A DNA stretch of 64,000 nt. It comes from a bacterium. GTDB taxonomy: Bacteria > CLD3 > SB21. The notes below the pieces were generated by a model, which saw nothing but the letters and a program-made list of their open reading frames with translations, was not told the origin of the DNA and did not search any database. Location: assembly GCA_013360215.1 (NCBI GenBank), contig JABWCP010000001.1, forward strand, positions 89,144 to 153,143. Direction: 5' to 3'. This document shows, piece after piece, positions 57,497 through 64,000 of the stretch. Each line of letters opens with the position of its first letter. The stretch's first letter is position 1. Made by a program: the position numbers and the translations under genes.

Positions 57497-59479
57497 ATGG
57501 CACCGCTGCGTAGGATGATCCTTACGTTGTTCTATCCGCTTGCTTTTATACTGGCGAGTAATAACGGCGGGAATCCACTTGTAGATTCTCTTTCGAGCAT
57601 TTCGCCCGAATCACCATACTATTCCACGGCTATGGTACGCCTGTCTGAAATTCTCATGACGGAAAACACCGTGTTATCCCGACGTGCCGCGGAGGAGGCT
57701 ATGCGCAATGCTATACGCACATCGCCCGACGATCCGTGGCACTATGTACGTTTAAGCAAAATACAATTTGAACGCAGTTTTTACCGTTCTGCGTTTGCCG
57801 CCTGCGATGATGCGATCCGGGTCAATCAATCTAAACCAGTGCCTTATCATGATGTTTTTTCCGAAGCCTATTACTACAAAGGCCTGATCAAAGAACGGCA
57901 AGCGCTCAAATACAAAGATATGATCAGCCCCGTTAACGAAGATTTCAGCATTTCTTTATCCAATTTCGGTTACGAAGATATGTTGGAATCAGCGCGATAC
58001 TACGAAAAAGCGCTGGAATATAATGGCACACATCGGGACGCCCTTTTTCATCTGGGGTTGTTGTATTATGAAATTCGTGCGTTTGATAAAATGTCGGCTT
58101 TGTTTGAAAAAATCATTCAGTATAAGCCGGAAGACAAAGATGCCTTGATGTTTTTGGGGCTGGCTTATTATCACCGCGGCGATTTTGCACAAAGCCACAC
58201 CTACTACCAACGCGCCATGCATGCGATGTCGCCGGAAGAGGCTTCGCGTGTTAATCATATCGGACATATCATACCCCGAGACGATAAAGAAAGCTATTTG
58301 TCCCGCGCCGGAAGCCCTACGCAATCATCAGCTTATGCGGCACAGTTTTGGCGGAAGCGTGATCCCCTGTTGTCGTCGGATTACAATGAACGTATGTTGG
58401 AACATTATAATCGAATGGCGTACGTCAATCTTCGTTTTGGAATACCGCGACAGAATATCATGGGTTGGGAAACAGAACGGGGTATGATCTACATTCGGTA
58501 CGGCAAACCCTCGCAATGGGTGCGCACACAACCGGACGAAAAAATGCTGGGCGGTACCGAAATATGGTATTATCCGAGGTTCTCATTTCGTTTTGAGGAT
58601 CATTACAGCAGCGGAAAATTTTTGCTGGATAATCCCTCACTGCTCGCATCGGAATCGGCCTATAACGAGCATTCGGAAGATTACGTATTTCCGGCCGAAC
58701 GTTTATTCCCTGTGACGGCCAGAGTGTATCAATTCAAATCCCAATCCGGTCTCAACAAAATACGCGTGTATTATTCCGCCCTGATCAAGTCCATGGACCC
58801 CGATTATGAGACCTACGGTCCGACCGGCAAAACACAAACCGGTTTTTTTATCACAGATTCCGAGCGAAACATTTTATCTAAAACCATGGATACTTCGCTC
58901 GTTGAACCGAAAGAAACCCGGGATGCGCATGTATATAAAACGACCACGATGGAGACCTTCATACAAAGTAAAGAGCCCGTGCAGTGGTCTCTCGAATTAA
59001 AATCTTTGGGTGAATTTCGTTATGCGATGGCCGGCGATTCGTTGACCCTCCGAAGTTTTTCGTCACGCACTTTGGATATGAGCGATGTTGTTTTGGCCGA
59101 TTATGTTGACGAAAATAAACCTTATGCCGTTTTTGCCAATACCCAAGGTGTTTTGCAGGCAGACAAACCCCTATACTTTTTTGCCGAAGTGTACAACCTT
59201 ACTTTAGAAAAAGATCAAAGCCGTTTTGTCGTGGAAGCCGGATTAGCGCCGCATGCGACGGGTGGCATACGAACCTTTTTGCAAAAAATTTTCGGAAACA
59301 CCGATGCCTTGGTGTATTCGACGTTTGAACAAACCGGCACGTCCCGTGATGATACCGTTACCTTTGCGCTCAATGTCAGTGAGGTACCGCCGGGAAACTA
59401 TGATGCCGTTGTACGTATAAGGGATTTGATTTCCGGGCATACCACCGAACAGAAAACATCTATCAGGATCGTACGATGA
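57497..59479 (+). CDS. TPR-repeat protein with a GWxTD-like domain
   Basis: Signal peptide. TPR repeats. Motif IMGWETERGMIYIRYGKPSQW resembling the GWxTD domain family. Confidence 0.55.
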   Translation: MAPLRRMILTLFYPLAFILASNNGGNPLVDSLSSISPESPYYSTAMVRLSEILMTENTVLSRRAAEEAMRNAIRTSPDDPWHYVRLSKIQFERSFYRSAFAACDDAIRVNQSKPVPYHDVFSEAYYYKGLIKERQALKYKDMISPVNEDFSISLSNFGYEDMLESARYYEKALEYNGTHRDALFHLGLLYYEIRAFDKMSALFEKIIQYKPEDKDALMFLGLAYYHRGDFAQSHTYYQRAMHAMSPEEASRVNHIGHIIPRDDKESYLSRAGSPTQSSAYAAQFWRKRDPLLSSDYNERMLEHYNRMAYVNLRFGIPRQNIMGWETERGMIYIRYGKPSQWVRTQPDEKMLGGTEIWYYPRFSFRFEDHYSSGKFLLDNPSLLASESAYNEHSEDYVFPAERLFPVTARVYQFKSQSGLNKIRVYYSALIKSMDPDYETYGPTGKTQTGFFITDSERNILSKTMDTSLVEPKETRDAHVYKTTTMETFIQSKEPVQWSLELKSLGEFRYAMAGDSLTLRSFSSRTLDMSDVVLADYVDENKPYAVFANTQGVLQADKPLYFFAEVYNLTLEKDQSRFVVEAGLAPHATGGIRTFLQKIFGNTDALVYSTFEQTGTSRDDTVTFALNVSEVPPGNYDAVVRIRDLISGHTTEQKTSIRIVR

Positions 59480-59754
59480 AATGGTTAGGATGGTTTCATA
59501 AACCCAAATCAGCTATTTCCGTTGAAATTTTTAGCAAATCGGATTGTCATTTATGCGATGAGATATCCGATGCGTTTCATGGTCTGCAAAATGAATTCCC
59601 CATGACCATAAAATACACCGATATTACTTCCGATGAAACCTTGTTTGAAAAATACCGCTACGATATTCCCGTAGTATTTGTCAATGGCCGCAAAGCATTC
59701 AAGTATCGCGCAACAACCGATGCGATACGAAAACGTTTGCGCAGAGAGATATAA
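59476..59754 (+). CDS. Glutaredoxin-like (DUF836/thioredoxin-fold) small protein
   Basis: 92 aa with CHLC redox motif. ATGA overlap with the upstream gene. Confidence 0.6.
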   Translation: MKWLGWFHKPKSAISVEIFSKSDCHLCDEISDAFHGLQNEFPMTIKYTDITSDETLFEKYRYDIPVVFVNGRKAFKYRATTDAIRKRLRREI

Positions 59755-59755
59755 A

Positions 59756-60739
59756 CTAAGCCGCGGTCTCTTTTACGTTATGCAAGCGTTCAAAAATCCC
59801 CACTTTATCCAAATGGAGCACCGTTGCCGTTCCATCCGGTGATGGCGCAAACATCGGCAAAAAACGTGCATTCCATTCGAAGTCGGCATGCAAATAAGAA
59901 CGCCGTGCACTCGCGATTTGCATGGAAGTTTCCTCCGTGCCTTTGAGCGATACGATGAGTTCGGCCTCACCTTGCATCAAATCGGCAGGCGTCAAACCAT
60001 TCAAAGGACTTTCAGCGTTCAACGGATGTACGACAGTCCAGTTGAGCGGAAGAAAGTTGACCGTGGAACGCTCCAAATTCAGATTAAAAAATTTACGCGT
60101 CGGTGCTCCCGATTCATCCAATACCATTGAAAACATCATATTGACTTCAACATCCATCAGCTGTGTGTCTTTGGAATTGGCCAGCCGCATCATGACCGCC
60201 TGTCCGTCGCGATACGGAGCGATCAAAACTTTATCGCTCCAAACGATTTTGGCGTCCGGTCTGGAAAAACGAGCATAAAGTAACCCGGTCGCAAGAGCAA
60301 AACAGAGTAGCCCGATCAATGCCTCCGCCGAAGCGACAATATTGGCTGCAACGCCTGTGGGATTGACGCGCCCGTAACCCACTGTCGTAAGAGTCTGTGC
60401 GCTAAAGAAAAAATCTTCGATATATTCACTGGCTGTATCAGAGGACAATAAGCCTGAAAAATGTTCCCGGCCGATCACAAAATATACCGACGCAAACACA
60501 AGGTTAATCGCAGTATAGATACCAAAGATAACGGCAAAAAATCGCCCCCAACTCATAGTTAGTAACGCATTGAGATAACTAAAACGATCCGCAAAGGATG
60601 CGCCGCGTTTGATCACATTAAATCGCCCGTCGGCATTCATCAGACGTTTGCCCTGATTATTGATCGTGCTGCTAAAACCGGAATCGTTGTAATCTTTGAT
60701 CGTACGCGCAAGTTTCGTGAGCATAGGTTTTTCTGCCAA
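59756..60739 (-). CDS. Inward-rectifier-type potassium channel (KirBac-like)
   Basis: Two TM helices flanking a pore helix and the K+ selectivity filter TTVGYG. Large cytoplasmic C-terminal domain. 327 aa. Confidence 0.75.
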   Translation of the reverse strand: MAEKPMLTKLARTIKDYNDSGFSSTINNQGKRLMNADGRFNVIKRGASFADRFSYLNALLTMSWGRFFAVIFGIYTAINLVFASVYFVIGREHFSGLLSSDTASEYIEDFFFSAQTLTTVGYGRVNPTGVAANIVASAEALIGLLCFALATGLLYARFSRPDAKIVWSDKVLIAPYRDGQAVMMRLANSKDTQLMDVEVNMMFSMVLDESGAPTRKFFNLNLERSTVNFLPLNWTVVHPLNAESPLNGLTPADLMQGEAELIVSLKGTEETSMQIASARRSYLHADFEWNARFLPMFAPSPDGTATVLHLDKVGIFERLHNVKETAA

Positions 60740-60815
60740 TTCGTAGGTGAATTAAAAAGTAATTTTATAAATTTTTGACTGCAATGACGGTCGCTAATCG
60801 GTTACCGACGAACCA

Positions 60816-62159
60816 TTATAATAGATTACTGGCCAATTCTGCCAAGGCGCTGCGCTCCCCTTTGAGCAAATTGACATGCGCAAACAGATCCTGACCTTTC
60901 ATGCGATCCACCAGATACGCCAAACCATTGGACTGTGTATCAAGATACGGTGAATCAATTTGATAAATATCGCCGACAAATACCATTTTAGCACCTTCGC
61001 CCGCACGGGTGATAATGGTTTTTATTTCATGCGGCGTCAGGTTTTGCGCTTCATCTACGATAAAAAATATTTTATCCAGGCTCCGCCCGCGGATATAAGC
61101 CAGCGGCGCAATGACCAATTTTTCGCGCTCAAGCATTTCAGCAATGCGTGTCACTTCGGTGCTTTCCTGAGAAAATTTATTTTTTATCACGGCTAGATTA
61201 TCCCACAGCGGTTGCATATACGGATCAAGTTTTTCATGGACATCGCCCGGCAGGTATCCGATATCCCGATTACTGAGCGGTACGACCGGTCGTGCTAAGT
61301 ATATTTGACTGTAAAGCTGTCTTTGCTGCAGTGCGGCGGCCAGCGCCAGCAGCGTTTTGCCCGTACCGGCTTTACCCGTCAGCGTAACCACCGCAACCTC
61401 CGGGCGCATGAGCGCATCCAATGCAAACACCTGCTCCGCATTGCGGGGTTCGATGCCATACGCTCGTTTTTTCTCGATACGTTCCAAACCCTGCGCCGAT
61501 GGATTATAGTGTGTGAGTACGCTGCTGCTGTGATTTTTGAGAATATAGTATTCATTAGCTACCGGTTTACGCGGCAGTTTGAGATCATCGGCCGGGACGG
61601 CCTCAGTCTGTTCATAAAATCTGCGGATCACCTCGGTATTAAAATTTTCATGCGTCTGAATGCCCGTGTACAGTTCGTCCACGTTGCGAATTTTCCCGGT
61701 CTCATAATCCTCCGCCGGAATGCCAAGCGATTTGGCTTTCATCCGGAGATTGATGTCTTTGCTGATGATGATGACTTCGCGATCCGTACGCTTATGCCGT
61801 AGCTGATCCGCCAGCGCCAAAATTCGGTGATCGGGTTTATTGGTCGTAAAGGCATTATACACGAGCTCCGAGTGCGCCTCACCGACTTCGACAAATAAAC
61901 GCCCGTGGCCTTTTTTTAATTGAAGGCCTTTATTGAATAATTGTGCCTTGGATAACTTATCCATCTCGCGGATAAATTCGCGCGCCTGAAAATTGATCAG
62001 ATCACTACCTTTTTTGAATTGATCAATTTCTTCCAGTACGACGATGGGTATCACGACATCGTGCTCTTTAAAATTATAAATGCACGTGTAGTCATACAGG
62101 ATCACATTGGTGTCGAGGATAAAAAGTTTCGTTTCGGGCTTGGTTTTAGAATTCGGCAT
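60816..62159 (-). CDS. PhoH2-type protein (N-terminal PIN domain fused to a PhoH-like ATPase)
   Basis: PIN acidic residues (FILDTNV...LEEID). Walker A GKAGTGKT. Size is about 447 aa. Confidence 0.8.
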   Translation of the reverse strand: MPNSKTKPETKLFILDTNVILYDYTCIYNFKEHDVVIPIVVLEEIDQFKKGSDLINFQAREFIREMDKLSKAQLFNKGLQLKKGHGRLFVEVGEAHSELVYNAFTTNKPDHRILALADQLRHKRTDREVIIISKDINLRMKAKSLGIPAEDYETGKIRNVDELYTGIQTHENFNTEVIRRFYEQTEAVPADDLKLPRKPVANEYYILKNHSSSVLTHYNPSAQGLERIEKKRAYGIEPRNAEQVFALDALMRPEVAVVTLTGKAGTGKTLLALAAALQQRQLYSQIYLARPVVPLSNRDIGYLPGDVHEKLDPYMQPLWDNLAVIKNKFSQESTEVTRIAEMLEREKLVIAPLAYIRGRSLDKIFFIVDEAQNLTPHEIKTIITRAGEGAKMVFVGDIYQIDSPYLDTQSNGLAYLVDRMKGQDLFAHVNLLKGERSALAELASNLL

Positions 62160-62171
62160 AGGCTTCCTTGG

Positions 62172-63230
62172 TTAAGGGATCACGGAAGGAAGAATATCGT
62201 TGTGAATTATTTGGCGAACGGATGTCAGGACTTGATCGGATACGGTATAGTTGACATGAGGGTCGGCGGTTGCGATCACCACGATATCCAGCGCCGGTAC
62301 GACGTAGATCAACTGTCCGCCATAACCGAAGGCATAAGCCGCCGGATAATCCATAGCCTCATCCAACCACCACAGATGGCCATACGCGTGGTTATCATCC
62401 AAAACATCGGTAAAAGAAATATCCGGCCATAAATCTGAAAAAACACGCTGCCCGTCGTAACAACCACCGTCCAGATACGTCATACCGATCTTGGCCATAT
62501 CCCGTGCCCGCAGATATAAACCCGTACCGCCCAAAGGAATCCCCTGCGGATCGGCCTGCCAATGCATCGAATCAATTCCAAGCTTCGAAAAAAATTTATT
62601 CCTAGACCATGATATTAATTTATTATCGGTACGATCTGACAATATACCCGAGATAATATGCGGCACGGCCGAACTGTAGTTAAAAACACGCCCCGGCACG
62701 GTATCCATCGGGAGGTGTACTGCGAATGAAACATAATTCCCATACAAGCGATCGGCGACTTCATTCCACGCATATCCCGCAGACATCGTCAGGAGATGTT
62801 TCAATGTGATTTGCCGTGCACGGTTATCGCTGATATCTTCATAATATTTTGGGAAATACCGGCTGAGTTTATCGGAAACATTGTGGATGGTATGATCATA
62901 CAGCGCAACACCGGTCAAAGCACCGACGATGCTTTTGGTAACCGAACGTTGTTCAAAAAATGTTGCTGAATCCGCAGACTGAAAATATTTTTCAAACACC
63001 AAGCCGTTTCCCCGCACGACCAATAAAGCGTAGAGTGTTTCGATCGCGGATGCATGGCTGTTCCACACATTGACGCTTGTAGAATCCATTCTCGCCTCCG
63101 CAAAAGATATACGGCGCAAAGCGGCCGTTTCATCGCACGGCGGTTCCTGCAGGTCATTGCTACGACAGGAGGTAAATAATAGAAAAAATGTAAGAAGTTT
63201 CCTAAGTTCTCTCATACACCCTACGCTCAA
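62172..63230 (-). CDS. Beta-lactamase-family serine hydrolase
   Basis: Signal peptide. SxxK motif (SVTKS). Size and pattern of class C beta-lactamase/PBP4-like hydrolases. Confidence 0.7.
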   Translation of the reverse strand: MSVGCMRELRKLLTFFLLFTSCRSNDLQEPPCDETAALRRISFAEARMDSTSVNVWNSHASAIETLYALLVVRGNGLVFEKYFQSADSATFFEQRSVTKSIVGALTGVALYDHTIHNVSDKLSRYFPKYYEDISDNRARQITLKHLLTMSAGYAWNEVADRLYGNYVSFAVHLPMDTVPGRVFNYSSAVPHIISGILSDRTDNKLISWSRNKFFSKLGIDSMHWQADPQGIPLGGTGLYLRARDMAKIGMTYLDGGCYDGQRVFSDLWPDISFTDVLDDNHAYGHLWWLDEAMDYPAAYAFGYGGQLIYVVPALDIVVIATADPHVNYTVSDQVLTSVRQIIHNDILPSVIP

Positions 63231-63253
63231 ACATTAAAATTCACGTTGAATTT

Positions 63254-64000
63254 CTATTTATCTAATAATTTTATGATAGCGTCAAGAAAATCAAAATAAT
63301 CTGGGTGTATATCAGAATACTTTAGTTCATCAAAAAGGGTATCTTTAAATTCATTCACAAATTCTTCAGAATCATCTTTACTTATATCATTTTGATTTAA
63401 CCAAAGTTTCAATGCGAATATTTTACCTTTTGAGTGATTACTAAATTCTTTTTTTTTCTTAAAACCCTTTTTTGAAATTAAATTTTCTAAGGTCTTTTGA
63501 AAGTATTCATCTTTTATAAAGTCCTCACTGGTAACGGCTTGAACCGTTTTGAATAATTCATCGTATCTTTTCCAAACTCCGTAGACTCTTTCCTTTTGAA
63601 ACTCCTTTTGTCTTGAAACAGCAGCCTCATCAGCATCGCTAATAATCAGACACTCTCGTCTTGCAAGTTCCATTAATGGTGTGATCATTTTTATTGATGA
63701 AACACCTTTTGCATGAGTAACACCAATTCCTTCAAAAAACTCTTTTTGAGTTTTGTGCGATTTACTACTTAGTGCAGTTTTAAATAATTTTTTGTCTTTC
63801 CAGCCTTCAAAAATAATATTCTTTTTTTTAAGAACCTCGTACACAGAAAACCCGAGTGCTCTATATATCAACTCTTCGTCTTTGAAGTTAGAATCGTTCG
63901 CAATACTTATATTGGTTACTTCATTTTCTTTTTTTACAATTAAATGCCTCTCAATGTTTTCATTATCTATCATAAAAATGGAGTGCGTTGATGCAAACAC
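63254..64000 (-). CDS. C-terminal 248 aa of a larger protein (N-terminus beyond the window) with a TOPRIM-like motif pair; possible OLD/GajA-like nuclease
   Basis: Open to the window edge. IIFEGWKDKK (conserved Glu) and CLIISDADEA (DxD) resemble the TOPRIM catalytic motifs. Encoded in a markedly AT-rich segment. Confidence 0.4.
   Translation of the reverse strand: MFASTHSIFMIDNENIERHLIVKKENEVTNISIANDSNFKDEELIYRALGFSVYEVLKKKNIIFEGWKDKKLFKTALSSKSHKTQKEFFEGIGVTHAKGVSSIKMITPLMELARRECLIISDADEAAVSRQKEFQKERVYGVWKRYDELFKTVQAVTSEDFIKDEYFQKTLENLISKKGFKKKKEFSNHSKGKIFALKLWLNQNDISKDDSEEFVNEFKDTLFDELKYSDIHPDYFDFLDAIIKLLDK

Noticed and set aside
1-64000. Looked for transposases, integrases, rRNA genes, additional tRNAs and long direct or inverted repeats
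   Set aside because: None recognised apart from the single tRNA-Arg. The only strong compositional anomaly is the AT-rich block at 63231-64000, reported as a finding.

Overview
This 64-kb window is a gene-dense, SD-using bacterial chromosomal segment of about 45-50% GC. Archaeal/eukaryote-type ProRS, a DUF4295-like small protein and a CarbopepD-type TonB receptor suggest an FCB-group-like organism; phylum not assigned. Most of it is housekeeping: uvrB 3' end; folB-folK; mltG; mltD-like; M23 peptidase; speA; lnt; lpxH; rpsA; rnhB; proS; tRNA-Arg(CCG); iscS; apt; acyP; the ffh-rpsP-KH-rimM-trmD-rplS operon; typA.

The accessory content worth a second look is:
1. Putative Zur-type metal (zinc?) acquisition operon at 33194-38592 (minus strand). 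TonB-dependent receptor, His-rich lipoprotein, two paralogous small Cys/His membrane proteins, a COG0523 GTPase with the CxCC motif, and a Cys-less DUF4295-like mini-protein.
2. Eight-gene lipid-modification cluster at 49929-57396. Membrane acyl desaturase, two CFA-synthase-family methyltransferases, FAD amine-oxidase-like oxidoreductase, DUF1365, DUF1295, DUF2062. It resembles the proteobacterial singlet-oxygen/sigmaE-regulated furan/methyl-fatty-acid loci. Perfect palindromes sit in its promoter region.
3. Abrupt AT-rich block at the 3' edge (63231-64000). It encodes the C-terminal, TOPRIM-like part of a protein that continues past the window, which may mark the edge of a horizontally acquired or defense island.
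4. Omp85-family barrel at 3781-5847. It carries a bactofilin-like beta-helix and heptad tandem repeats instead of POTRA domains, and sits downstream of an ECF sigma/anti-sigma-like pair.
5. Deoxynucleoside-kinase-fold protein with a degenerate P-loop at 8054-8710, after folBK.
6. MlaC-like fusion protein at 18267..19481, next to lnt/lpxH.
7. DEDD-exonuclease plus unknown overlapping gene pair at 38616..39817.

No CRISPR array, transposase or rRNA was seen. All calls rest on reading the translated ORFs and sequence motifs; no database search was run.
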